64,000 nt of DNA. Origin: Alphaproteobacteria bacterium. GTDB taxonomy: Bacteria; Pseudomonadota; Alphaproteobacteria; Rhizobiales; NORP267. Below, in pieces: positions 42,038-51,917 of this stretch. The stretch is from contig JAQRMX010000028.1 of assembly GCA_028599125.1 (NCBI GenBank), positions 3,898 through 67,897 on the forward strand. The letters run 5' to 3'. The position numbers were made by a program, and so were the translations under genes. How positions within the stretch are numbered: the first letter of the stretch is position 1; each line of letters starts with the position of its first letter. Below the pieces are notes generated by a model, which worked only from the letters and a program-made list of their open reading frames with translations, was not told where the DNA came from and ran no database searches.

Positions 42038-43031
42038 CAACAGGAGCCAGAGTTCCTCTCCCTGTAAAAATCGTAAAATCAGGAAAACGCAAAGGGGGGT
42101 ATGCGGCTTCTTGATCCTGATATTCTGAGCAACGAGCCGTAAAGGACTTCAGCTTCACCATAGATCACAATCTTTTCAATGGAGCCTTTTCCTTTCCATG
42201 ACGCTCAAAACCCGTGAGCGAAAAAACGAGGAGGGCAGGGGAATAATATTCGTTGCGCAGAAAAAACATACTTAAATCCTGAATTTCAAATTCTTCTGCC
42301 TAACATATAAGTTAGTTTCAAATCACTTTGGAAAAACAATCTTCTCACACGAGCGGTCAATGAGTTTTATGATTTTTTCTACCCGCCTTCCATTCATACC
42401 TGCTTTGTCATGGTGAAAACTGATCCAGTGTAAAATAGGGGTTACTCCGGAAACTATAGAAAGCAATTCATCATGCATATAGTCTCGTCCGCATAAAAAA
42501 TTAAATTAAGCGCGGCATCTCCACGTTTTTTCCCATCTTTGAAAAAAAGATTTGTCAAGCTTAGTGAAAGCTATACGTACCGGTTATCAACCTATGTGGT
42601 GTAAGTTCGGGACTTCATTGAATGAAAAAAGGACATTCCCCCCTCAGCTAAAAAAGACAGACGGATGATATCCGCCTCTGCTGCCATGAGCAGAAATTTA
42701 AGGAATCAAAGGCGGATATAATCTTCTGAACCGCAAAAAACAACCCTTGCAATTCACTAAAACTGCCGCATCCCTCACACAGATTGTAGACAAAAGAACT
42801 TCACAAGAAGGCAACAAGCCGGAATACAAACTCCCCTTTCCCGAAACCTATAAAGCGCTGCACGACCAGACAATGTAGAACACATTGACTATGAAAACAG
42901 GGAAGATAAAAGAAGGAGAAACAGGAGACAGAAAACACCTTCCAGATCCCCGGCCCCACCCCCTGATTTTTGAAAAAACATTTAGAAGAATACAGAGCCT
43001 GATACAGGCAGCGCGCAGCAGGAACTCTTAT

Positions 43032-43676
43032 ATGGCAACGCATCTTTCCAAAAAACAAATCGAAAATCTCTTCCAACAGCTTCAGACATATCACCCTATA
43101 GCTAAAACCGAACTCAACTTCACGAACCACTACACTCTCCTCACTGCGGTTATCCTCTCGGCACAGGCAACCGATGCAAGCGTTAATAAAGCAACAGGGC
43201 TTTTGTTTGCTCTTGCCGAAACTCCAGAAAAAATGCTGGCTCTCGGAGAACAAAAGCTGTGCGACTATATCAAAAGCATCGGCCTTTATCGTAACAAGGC
43301 AAAACATATCATCAAGACAGCTCGAATACTCATGGAACAGCATAAAAGCAAAATTCCCAAAACACGGGAAGCGCTTGAAAAATTACCTGGTGTCGGGCGC
43401 AAAACAGCTAATGTTATTCTCAATGTCGCTTTCAATGAACCAACCATTCCCGTTGATACCCATGTCTTCCGGGTTTCCAACCGCACAGGTCTCTCGGACG
43501 AAAAAAACGTCCGGGAGGTTGAACGCGATCTGGAACGGCATATCCCCCCCATCGCCAAATCACAGGCCCATCACTTGCTCGTTCTTCATGGTCGCTATAT
43601 CTGTAAAGCACGGAAACCTCTTTGCAACCGGTGCCCTATCGATTCTCTCTGCTTATTTTCAGAGAAAATCTTCTGA
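43032..43676 (+). CDS. nth: Endonuclease III
   Basis: ORF 42885..43676. The likely start is MATHLSKKQIE. It has a helix-hairpin-helix segment LPGVGRKTANVIL and a Fe-S cluster loop CKARKPLCNRCPIDSLC. Confidence 0.93.
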   Translation: MATHLSKKQIENLFQQLQTYHPIAKTELNFTNHYTLLTAVILSAQATDASVNKATGLLFALAETPEKMLALGEQKLCDYIKSIGLYRNKAKHIIKTARILMEQHKSKIPKTREALEKLPGVGRKTANVILNVAFNEPTIPVDTHVFRVSNRTGLSDEKNVREVERDLERHIPPIAKSQAHHLLVLHGRYICKARKPLCNRCPIDSLCLFSEKIF

Positions 43677-43792
43677 AAATACAAGACAAAAAAACAACCT
43701 TGCGACATAAAAACACATCATGGTTGCCGCCGTCACTTACATGGCTATACTCTCAGGTGCTTTTTTCATCTCTTCATATTCTGGAGTTCTCA

Positions 43793-44788
43793 ATGTATAA
43801 AAAATTTGATGTCCTCGGGATCGGGAATGCAATCGTTGATATTCTTTATCCCGTAACAGATACATATCTTGAACAAAATAACCTCATCAAGGGCACTATG
43901 CGCTTGATAACTGAAGAGGAAAGCAAAAAACTTTACGCGGGTATAGGAGAAAAAAAAGAAATCTCAGGCGGTTCAGCGGCCAATACGATTGCAGCTCTTT
44001 CCTCTCTCAGTATGAATTGTGCCTATATTGGCGTTGTTCGTGATGATCCCTCCGGAAAAAGCTTTCGAGAGGGTCTCACCGGTCAAAATGTACATTTCGA
44101 AACAGCGCCACGTAAAAAAGGCCTCCCGACCGCATGCTCATTCATACTCATCACTCCGGATGGAGAGCGCACAATGAATACCTTCCTGGGGATTTGTAAT
44201 ACGCTTGAACCGGAAGATATTGACCCGGAATTGATCAAAAGCTCAAAAATCATATATCTGGAGGGCTATCTGTTTGATCCTCCTCTGGCAAAACAGGCCT
44301 TTTACAAAGCTGCTGATCTTGCACGAAAGGCAAATAACAAGGTTGCCCTCACGCTCTCGGATGCCTTCTGTGTTGACCGCCATCGCCATGAATTTCTTGA
44401 CTTTATCAAAAATAAAGTTGATATTCTTTTCGCCAACGAGATGGAAATCACAGCCCTTTACGAAACTGAAAGCTTTGAAGAGGCGTGTAAAAAAGTTCGT
44501 TCTGATGCTCCTATGGCAGCTCTCACACGAAGCGAAAAAGGTTCTGTCATCATCACAGGAGACCAGACCCACAGCATACCTGCACAAACGCTTGATCAGG
44601 TGATTGATCTTACCGGAGCAGGAGATATCTACGCCGCCGGCTTCCTGTGCGGCTATACAAGGCAGCTTCCCTTGTACCGTGCTGCCATGCTCGGCAATAT
44701 CTGTGCCGCAGACATTATCTCCCAGATCGGTGCCCGTTCAGAAAATAACCTGCTTGAGAAAGCAATCACAAAAGGGTTCCACTTATAA
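43793..44788 (+). CDS. PfkB-family carbohydrate/adenosine kinase
   Basis: ORF 43622..44788. The likely start is MYKKFDVLGIGNAIVDIL at 43793. The C-terminal PfkB signature DLTGAGDIYAAGFL is present. Confidence 0.85.
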   Translation: MYKKFDVLGIGNAIVDILYPVTDTYLEQNNLIKGTMRLITEEESKKLYAGIGEKKEISGGSAANTIAALSSLSMNCAYIGVVRDDPSGKSFREGLTGQNVHFETAPRKKGLPTACSFILITPDGERTMNTFLGICNTLEPEDIDPELIKSSKIIYLEGYLFDPPLAKQAFYKAADLARKANNKVALTLSDAFCVDRHRHEFLDFIKNKVDILFANEMEITALYETESFEEACKKVRSDAPMAALTRSEKGSVIITGDQTHSIPAQTLDQVIDLTGAGDIYAAGFLCGYTRQLPLYRAAMLGNICAADIISQIGARSENNLLEKAITKGFHL

Positions 44789-44848
44789 CACATTGAAGGC
44801 GCACACGTGGAAGAAAAGCCCCGGTGCCAGACGGAAGCAAATGTTTTT

Positions 44849-44872
44849 GATAAAGATAAAGATAAAGATAAA
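44849..44872. repeat. (GATAAA)4 microsatellite
   Basis: Counted directly in the convergent intergenic region between the PfkB kinase and hisE-coaA. Confidence 0.9.
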
Positions 44873-44934
44873 AAACAGAGAGCCATCCCGAAGGACTGGT
44901 AACGCCTTGCAGGGAAAGCCCAAAACGCAGGAGA

Positions 44935-46215
44935 TCAGGACTGACGCAGATATAGTTGCGTAATCTGGTGATAAAATCCCTTTTCGAGAACGACATCAGC
45001 CTGCGTACGGCTGGAGAGAATATTCTCGTGCAGATTTAAAAGATTTACCTCCTCCCAGATTTTTTCAGCAATGCCAACGACAGCTTCATCATCAAGATCA
45101 CTGTAACGCTGAAAGAAAGAAGTGGCATCACGGGAAGACTCCGCACGCAGACGCATGAACCGCTCCACATACCACTGGCGAAGCATTTTTTCTCCCGCCT
45201 GAAGATAAATCAGAAAATCCAGATAATCCGAAACCGAGGATCCGGTCTGTGACTCTTCAGGAGGATAAAATGCAGAACACAGATTAATACCTTCCAGAAT
45301 GATACACTCAGGCTGCTCAATCCTGGTAAATTCTCCAGGCAATATATCATAAACCTGATGTGAATAAATCGGGACCTGCACAGCAGGAAGACCCGCTGTA
45401 ACAGCTTTCAGAAAATCAAGAAAACGAGCATTATCAAAGCTTCCAGGGAAACCTTTTTTCTCAAGCAGACCCTTCCGCTTAAGAATGGCATTAGGGAAGA
45501 GAAAGCCATCTGTTGAAACCACATCAACCTTCGGACAGTGAGGATATTTTTCTAATTCAAAACGCAAAAGACGAGCTGTTGTTGATTTTCCTACCGCGAC
45601 AGAACCCGTAAGACCAATAAGGAAAGGGCCCGCTTTCCTCGATTTTCCTGTAACTAAACCAAAAAGGGCAGGTGATGCTTCCATAAGAAAAGAGACAATC
45701 TGCGATAGATGCAAAGCCGGGCTCTCCATTTCTTTTTCCGGACTCCTAACATCCGGATCGTCCTTTCTGTCCTTTTCCTTCAGGCAGCATAACGCGCTCT
45801 CACGAAGCCTGACCTCTTCCTCCCCTGAAAGGCAACGATGAGACGGAATATCAGAATGAGAGAGCCCCTCCCCCTCATCAGGACTGGAAAGCAGATTCTT
45901 TCTACGAGAGGCCTTCTCCTCATGACCTGATTGCCCCAGACGCCGTTCCAGTACCCTCATAACCTGCTCCAGAGAAACCTCTCCTGCCTCAAGAAGAACC
46001 AAAAAATGATAGAGCAGATCAGCGGCTTCATGGGCAAGCTGATCCTTATTTCCTGACAAAGCCGCAATAACCGTTTCAAACGCCTCTTCGCCAAATTTTT
46101 TTGCACAGGCAGCAGATCCGGCATCAAGGAGGCTTTTCGTGTAAGACGTCTGCGCCTCTCCATAACGGCGTGAGACAATGAGCTCTCTCAATGCAAAAAG
46201 ACTAAACGCCGCCAT
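44935..46215 (-). CDS. hisE-coaA: In-frame fusion of phosphoribosyl-ATP pyrophosphatase (HisE) and type I pantothenate kinase (CoaA)
   Basis: ORF 44935..46344. The likely start is the ATG at 46215 (MAAFSLFALRELIV...). The HisE part reads TSYTKSLL...FGEEAFETVIA...EAADLLYHFLVLL. About 100 aa further on, the CoaA part has the P-loop GLTGSVAVGKSTTARLL, then VSTDGFLFPN and LILEGINL. No stop codon lies between the two parts. Confidence 0.85.
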   Translation of the reverse strand: MAAFSLFALRELIVSRRYGEAQTSYTKSLLDAGSAACAKKFGEEAFETVIAALSGNKDQLAHEAADLLYHFLVLLEAGEVSLEQVMRVLERRLGQSGHEEKASRRKNLLSSPDEGEGLSHSDIPSHRCLSGEEEVRLRESALCCLKEKDRKDDPDVRSPEKEMESPALHLSQIVSFLMEASPALFGLVTGKSRKAGPFLIGLTGSVAVGKSTTARLLRFELEKYPHCPKVDVVSTDGFLFPNAILKRKGLLEKKGFPGSFDNARFLDFLKAVTAGLPAVQVPIYSHQVYDILPGEFTRIEQPECIILEGINLCSAFYPPEESQTGSSVSDYLDFLIYLQAGEKMLRQWYVERFMRLRAESSRDATSFFQRYSDLDDEAVVGIAEKIWEEVNLLNLHENILSSRTQADVVLEKGFYHQITQLYLRQS

Positions 46216-46324
46216 GTCGGCCTCTGCTATTTCTTTTTCCACTTCCTTTATGCACAGCTCAGAACTCCACGCGCAGAGAAAACATCCATGCAGATCAGGA
46301 AATGACGAAAAAAACAATATGGGG

Positions 46325-47113
46325 TCACGGCCATGAGCAATCATCCTCTCTCACCGGAATATCTGCTTTTCTCATATACGCCTTCGCCTGAGGGATTGTG
46401 AATGTACCAAAATGAAAGACAGAGGCAGCAAGAGCTGCATCTGCTCCTCCTTTCTGAAAAACATCAACAAAATGATCAAGTGTCCCCGCCCCACCAGACG
46501 CAATCACAGAAACACCAACAGCATCAGTAATGGCACGCGTTAGCGGCACATCAAAGCCCTCTCCCGATCCGTCCCGGTCTATTGATGTGAGCAGGATTTC
46601 CCCTGCCCCATACGTAACGATTTTTCTTGCAAAATTAATCGCACATAGTCCCGTTGCCCAGCGTCCTCCCTGAGTAAAAACCTCCCATCGAGGGGGAAAA
46701 TTTGGACCAGAAACCTGTTTTGCATCAATAGACACTGTAATGCACTGGCTGCCAAATTTCTCCGCTGCACGCTGCACGAAATGTGGCTCTTCCACGGCGA
46801 TTGTCCCGAGAGAAACCTTATCCGCACCGGAAAGAAGAAGAGCACGGATAGCATCAAGGCACCGGATCCCCCCCCCTGCACTAAGAGGAATGAAACAATT
46901 TTCTGCCGTACGTTCCAATATATCAAGCATGAGCGGCCGTTTTTCATAGCTAGCCATGATATCAAGAAAACATATTTCATCGGCACCTGCACGGTTATAC
47001 GCGATGGCAGCTTCAACCGGATCTCCGGCATCCCGCAAGGCAACAAAATTGAGACCCTTTACAACCCTGCCTTCCTTGACATCAAGACAGGGAATGAGAC
47101 GTTTTTTAAGCAC
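46325..47113 (-). CDS. hisF: Imidazole glycerol phosphate synthase cyclase subunit HisF
   Basis: ORF 46325..47260. The likely GTG start at 47113 (or 47119) gives [20 protein letters not shown]. It overlaps the hisA stop by ~8 nt. Confidence 0.95.
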   Translation of the reverse strand: MLKKRLIPCLDVKEGRVVKGLNFVALRDAGDPVEAAIAYNRAGADEICFLDIMASYEKRPLMLDILERTAENCFIPLSAGGGIRCLDAIRALLLSGADKVSLGTIAVEEPHFVQRAAEKFGSQCITVSIDAKQVSGPNFPPRWEVFTQGGRWATGLCAINFARKIVTYGAGEILLTSIDRDGSGEGFDVPLTRAITDAVGVSVIASGGAGTLDHFVDVFQKGGADAALAASVFHFGTFTIPQAKAYMRKADIPVREDDCSWP

Positions 47114-47840
47114 ACACACACCCGAGAAGTTCAAGAGCCGCAGAAAGTTCCATACGGCCATCATAAAGTGACCGACCAATAATAATGCCCTCAAGATGTG
47201 AACAGTCCGGTTCAAGCAGGCGCCGCACATCATCAAGAGAGGCAATCCCACCAGAGGCAATCACGGGAATAGTGGTTGACTCGGCAAGTAATAGCGTAGC
47301 TTCAAGGTTAATACCTTTCAAAGCACCGTCACGCCGGATGTCCGTAAAAATAATTGCAGAAACACCTGCCTCTTCAAGGCAAGGAAGCATCTCTCCGGCC
47401 ATCAAAGAACAGGTCTTTACCCATCCCTCGATGGCAACCTGCCCATCTCGTGTATCCAGACCCACGGCGATGCGATCTGGAAACTCTCGGCAAGCCTGAT
47501 GAATCAAATTAGGATCCAGAACTGCAGCAGTGCCCAAAATTATGCGGGCGATCCCCTTTTCAAGCCAGAATGAAATATCATCAAGGCTCCTTATGCCGCC
47601 TCCTAGCTGAATCGGTAGATCAACAGCGCTCAGAATATCTTCAATCACAGCAGAATTACAGGAGCAACCGGCAAACGCGCCATCAAGATCAACCACATGA
47701 AGCCATTGAGCCCCCTGGTCAGAAAAATATCGTGCCTGTGCCGTAGGATCAGGGTTGTAATGTGTTGCCTGGGACATATCACCTTGCGACAAGCGCACAC
47801 AACATCCTTCTTTCAAATCAATCGCAGGAAATAAGATCAT
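47106..47840 (-). CDS. hisA: ProFAR isomerase HisA
   Basis: ORF 47106..47849. The likely start is [17 protein letters not shown]. The C-terminal segment IIGRSLYDG is present. Confidence 0.93.
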   Translation of the reverse strand: MILFPAIDLKEGCCVRLSQGDMSQATHYNPDPTAQARYFSDQGAQWLHVVDLDGAFAGCSCNSAVIEDILSAVDLPIQLGGGIRSLDDISFWLEKGIARIILGTAAVLDPNLIHQACREFPDRIAVGLDTRDGQVAIEGWVKTCSLMAGEMLPCLEEAGVSAIIFTDIRRDGALKGINLEATLLLAESTTIPVIASGGIASLDDVRRLLEPDCSHLEGIIIGRSLYDGRMELSAALELLGCVCA

Positions 47841-48499
47841 GGCTTCCATGTAAGAAAATCCGCAAGAAGCGAAAGCCCAAATCTTCCGCTTTTCTCCGGA
47901 TGGAATTGTACCCCGACCAAGTTATCTCGCGCAATCATTGCCGTTACAGGACGACCATGCATTGTGCAGGCGACCACATGCTCCGCCCCGGATAACGGTA
48001 CAAAAGCGTAGGAATGGATAAAATAGGCGTGCGCTCCCTCTTTCTCAGAAGAAATAGCAGACAAAACATCATGCGCACGAACAGCTGTGAGTTGGTTCCA
48101 CCCCATGTGCGGGATCTTTACCCTCTCACCACCACAGAGCGGCGGTGTCATCAATGCCACATGACCATCAATCCAGCCCAGACCTGTCTCAAAACCATGT
48201 TCCAGACCATGGCTGGCCATCAGTTGCATACCGACACAAATACCAAGAAAAGGGCAGCTTTCACGACGTACACGACAAATCAGAGCCTCCACCATACCAG
48301 AAATCCCCTGAAGACCACGCATACAACCCCGGAAAGAACCGACACCCGGCAGAACAATCCGGTCAGCATGCACAATCTCACGAGGATCATTGCTGACGCG
48401 GAGCGTGCAAGACAGACCCCACTCACGGATCACAAATTCAAGAGCTTTCTGAACCGAATAGAGATTGCCAGAACCGTAATCAATAACCGTAACATTCAT
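47837..48499 (-). CDS. hisH: Imidazole glycerol phosphate synthase glutamine amidotransferase subunit HisH
   Basis: 220 aa with VIDYGSGNL, the nucleophile motif GICVGMQL, and the C-terminal segment VQFHPEKS. Confidence 0.95.
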   Translation of the reverse strand: MNVTVIDYGSGNLYSVQKALEFVIREWGLSCTLRVSNDPREIVHADRIVLPGVGSFRGCMRGLQGISGMVEALICRVRRESCPFLGICVGMQLMASHGLEHGFETGLGWIDGHVALMTPPLCGGERVKIPHMGWNQLTAVRAHDVLSAISSEKEGAHAYFIHSYAFVPLSGAEHVVACTMHGRPVTAMIARDNLVGVQFHPEKSGRFGLSLLADFLTWKP

Positions 48500-48957
48500 G
48501 CTCCTAATTTTCCGATCCTGAACCCAGATAATCCAATAGGCATCCGATAACGTTCCGGAAGAGATATCTCTTCCGGAATGTCCTCACAAAAAGGAGAAGA
48601 AGAGGAAGAAGAGGAAGAAGAAGAGGCCACTTCAAAAAAAAACAGCACTTCTGCCATTTTTTTATTTTCCGCAACGAACATATCCACAAAAGCATAGCCC
48701 AAATAGAGCAGATATTTTTGATAAAATAAGGAAACTTTACAACTCAAAAGGCAGGACAAAAACAAACAGGCCGATAAAGAAAGGTAAAATAAGTCGTATT
48801 CCCAAATCAAATATTTAAAAGCAGAATTCATTAGAAAGACATAAAGCAGGAGCGAGCTAGGAAAGAAGAAAAGCCAGCTAAAACCCTCTTTGACAAAAAC
48901 AAGCTCACCAGAAACATTCGAGGTGCAAGGCCACTGATAGACAGAATAAATTTTCAC
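48496..48957 (-). CDS. DUF2628-family small membrane protein (his-operon associated), copy 1, with a poly-Ser tract
   Basis: 153 aa. The start MKIYSVY...LVFVKEGFSW and the hydrophobic core resemble the conserved hypothetical gene found between hisB and hisH in Rhizobiales. It overlaps the hisH start by 4 nt. Ten consecutive Ser codons lie at 48593-48626. Confidence 0.65.
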   Translation of the reverse strand: MKIYSVYQWPCTSNVSGELVFVKEGFSWLFFFPSSLLLYVFLMNSAFKYLIWEYDLFYLSLSACLFLSCLLSCKVSLFYQKYLLYLGYAFVDMFVAENKKMAEVLFFFEVASSSSSSSSSSPFCEDIPEEISLPERYRMPIGLSGFRIGKLGA

Positions 48958-49919
48958 TGAGACTCCTTGGATTTTACACTCTCCCCCTGCCTACAAGACA
49001 AAGGCACAGCTGAAATAAAAGGATAAAGGAAGAAAGAGACCATGAAAAGGGAAACAGAAACGACAATTCAATGCCCTGTATACCCAGATGATCAAAATCT
49101 GGAACATGTACAGGAGCAAAAGCAAACCCCCGTCTCAACGGGAGACATGACATAGATCTTCCGTACATGCAAGATCGCAAAAACTAACCGACCGGCAAGA
49201 AAAGCTACAGAAAAACGCAAATGAATCCTGTATCCCCATATTTCCTCGAAACATAAGCTGTGCTTTAGCACGCATCGTTCAGAAAAAAGCTACAAGCGTC
49301 TTAAAAAGAGGAACAGATCCCCCTCCCGGATTTTCCTTCAGCCCTGACAGAAAAGTGAACCATCTTCTCCTTGACTGCGAGCTCTGAATAAATTTTCATA
49401 AACAATGAAAATGCAAAAGAGCCTCTCTTGAAGAATTCATTTTCTGCAAACCCCTGGATCGCAGAAGCGGACGTTCCCTTTTATCCGAATACAAAAAGAA
49501 CACATGACGAATCACAGACACGCCTGCATAATTAAATTTCGAAAGACAGAAGACAAGAAATTAGAATAAAGAAAAGAAAAAAGCACCCTAATTAAAATCC
49601 TACCTGAAAAGGGCACTATCACTGAACAGTGTGCCTACAGATAGAATCTGCCCTCATAAACAAACCCCTCATTTAATTCCGGCTCGAGAAAAATTCCAAA
49701 ACAAAAAACAGAACGGCTTTTCCTCTATAAAATCAATTTCCTGAGTGCTCCAAACTGAAAGCTATCAGCGCCGCCCCGTACAGAGGCATGAGAGAGTCGA
49801 AGTCATCGAAGAGAGGCTCTTGGAACGAACACTTATTCCTTCCTCCTCCGGCTTTCTTTGTGCAGAAACAAACCAAGCCCAACGGTAAAAAAGAAAGTAA
49901 ATTATAAAACCGCGCGCAC

Positions 49920-50378
49920 TCACAATAAATCAGAATGCCGGCCCGGAGAGGACGGAAATTTCTGATTCAGAAACGCCAGCATGGCCATTTCTTTAGAAGA
50001 CCCTTGAGATTTACCGATCAGAGAATATCCTTTTTTATTCAGATTTTTCTTAAGAAGAGCTCCCGCATTAAACCCAATAAAGAAAAACAAGAATATATCA
50101 AAGCTAAAAAACAATAAATCAAACTGGAAAAAAGCAAGATTATTCCCGAAATTATCAAGAGAATTCATTTTAAGAGTGCTATAAATCAAAGGCAAAAAGA
50201 AATAAAGCACAAAGCAATAAAGAAAAAACGAACGCCAGATTCTGTGCCAAGAAAACCATAAAAGCGGGAATAAACCCGCGGGCCAGTTAAATCCCTCTTT
50301 AACAAGAATGATGTTACCGGATCCGATGGAATCTGAATTTTCGTATATAGAGTATAATTTCATAGACATTTTTTTCAT
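49920..50378 (-). CDS. DUF2628-family small membrane protein, copy 2 (start uncertain: 50378 or 50363)
   Basis: 152 aa. It contains MKLYSIYE...ILVKEGFNWPAGLFPLLWFSWHRIW, then hydrophobic helices, then GFNAGALLKKNLNKKGY. This matches my recollection of DUF2628 better than copy 1 does. Confidence 0.7.
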   Translation of the reverse strand: MKKMSMKLYSIYENSDSIGSGNIILVKEGFNWPAGLFPLLWFSWHRIWRSFFLYCFVLYFFLPLIYSTLKMNSLDNFGNNLAFFQFDLLFFSFDIFLFFFIGFNAGALLKKNLNKKGYSLIGKSQGSSKEMAMLAFLNQKFPSSPGRHSDLL

Positions 50379-50862
50379 TTATTGATTAAACTGGGACTGG
50401 TAAATAAAATTACAGATGATTTTAAGATCATCCGTAAAATATTTTCTCTGAAATTATAAAAAAGATTTCTAAAGATAATCCTTACACATCTCTAATTACA
50501 GAAAACATCCAAATATAATGGCGTTTTCCTGCCACAATTAGTACGACTTATTAAGTAGCTGATCATATCAGGGCCGCTCATCCAGATCAGACAAAAATAG
50601 GATATGTTCCGATTTGGGCATAGTTTTCTTGATCAGGGTTTGCTCCGCACCTCTAAAAAGCAAACAAAGAAAGGAAGAAAAACTCTGAAAAGCCCAAACA
50701 TCAATTTGAATGATCTGCCCCCTTCAGAGCAGGGAAGGCTCTATCCCGATCAGTCAGGCTCTTGTCTTCAAACCAATAAGTCTAACGCCTCTGCAGAGAA
50801 ATATCTATCAGATGAATGGCTTTCCGGGAGTCCTTTCCTGAGGTAGGCCTGACCCGGGAAAA

Positions 50863-51465
50863 TCACAGATTACCCTTAGTAGAAGGGATACGACCCCCTT
50901 GACGAGGATCACGCAACAACGCAAAGGATAAGGCGCGCGCCACACATTTAAAGCACGCCTCCGCAATATGATGGCTATTAACACCATTATCGGCACGAAC
51001 ATGCAAAGTCAGAGCTGCATTATTCACGAAAGCCCTGAAAAATTCTTCTACAAGATCAACATCAAAGCTGCCAATTTTCTCACATCCAAACGCGACATCC
51101 CAACGCAGAAAGGACCGCCCGGAAATATCAAGAGCACAATGCAATAAAGCCTCATCCATCGGCAGGGCAACATCCGCATAACGAGAAATACCGGATTTAT
51201 CTCCAAGTGCCTCTTTAAAGGCCTGACCAAGAGTGATCCCTACATCTTCAACCAAATGGTGACTGTCTATCTGTGTGTCACCCCGCGCGAAAATATTCAT
51301 ATCAACTAGAGAATGGCGGGAAAACTGTGCCAACATATGATCAAAAAAGCCAACATCTGTGTCAATCTTGTAACAACCATGACCATCAAGACTGATCTCG
51401 ATAGTCACCTCTGTCTCTTCTGTTTTACGGCTGATCCGAGCCTTACGTTCAACCTGTTTCGTCAT
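50863..51465 (-). CDS. hisB: Imidazoleglycerol-phosphate dehydratase
   Basis: 200 aa with motifs IDSHHLVEDVGI and NSHHIAEACFK. Confidence 0.95.
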   Translation of the reverse strand: MTKQVERKARISRKTEETEVTIEISLDGHGCYKIDTDVGFFDHMLAQFSRHSLVDMNIFARGDTQIDSHHLVEDVGITLGQAFKEALGDKSGISRYADVALPMDEALLHCALDISGRSFLRWDVAFGCEKIGSFDVDLVEEFFRAFVNNAALTLHVRADNGVNSHHIAEACFKCVARALSFALLRDPRQGGRIPSTKGNL

Positions 51466-51917
51466 TTTCTCTCCTGTGTCGCGGAAATCGCAAATAACAG
51501 TCCCTTTTCAAGATTTTATAGCTCCACATCCCACACAAATAGAGATGTGCCGTTATTCAAGTCCTCTCCTAGAAAACCTGAAGCCTGTGCTTCCCCCTTG
51601 AGAAGAGTCCGGAACAATAACCGTCACCTGTTCTCACAGGATTTTCAGCTTTATGAGAGACCGTCCCGATGTCATTGAAGGGAGAGGAGGACTTAAAAAA
51701 TAAGCGCCCAAAAACAGATAACCCGGCAAAAGCACTTTCCTGTGAAACAACCGGAAAGACGGAACGCCACGTAAGGGTCCCCTGCTCTCAGGGAAAGACG
51801 ATAAATCGCATTTTACACTTGCGAAATGTCTATCAGATCTTACACTAAAGCTCAATCATCAAACGCAGGATTAGGAAGTCCTAACCCCGGACGACACTCG
51901 AATATAAAGAGGAAAAC

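Noticed and set aside
42885-43792. Long N-terminal extensions of nth (from 42885) and the PfkB kinase (from 43622), with similar extensions on secB, coaE, rph, fxsA, hisF, murJ and tsaB
   Set aside because: Family-typical N-termini begin at internal start codons. The extensions overlap upstream genes or intergenic DNA and have no homology-like features. Trimmed coordinates are used instead.
48974-49180. 68-aa ORF in the his-operon spacer, and the 80-aa ORF at 50604-50846
   Set aside because: They have no recognisable motif, RBS or start context, and they sit in composition-biased DNA. They are kept only as part of the spacer finding.
51818-51845. Possible RpoH-type promoter upstream of hslV (CTTG-N16-CTTACACT)
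   Set aside because: The -10 element lacks the CCCC/CyTAT core. The match is too weak to report as a feature.
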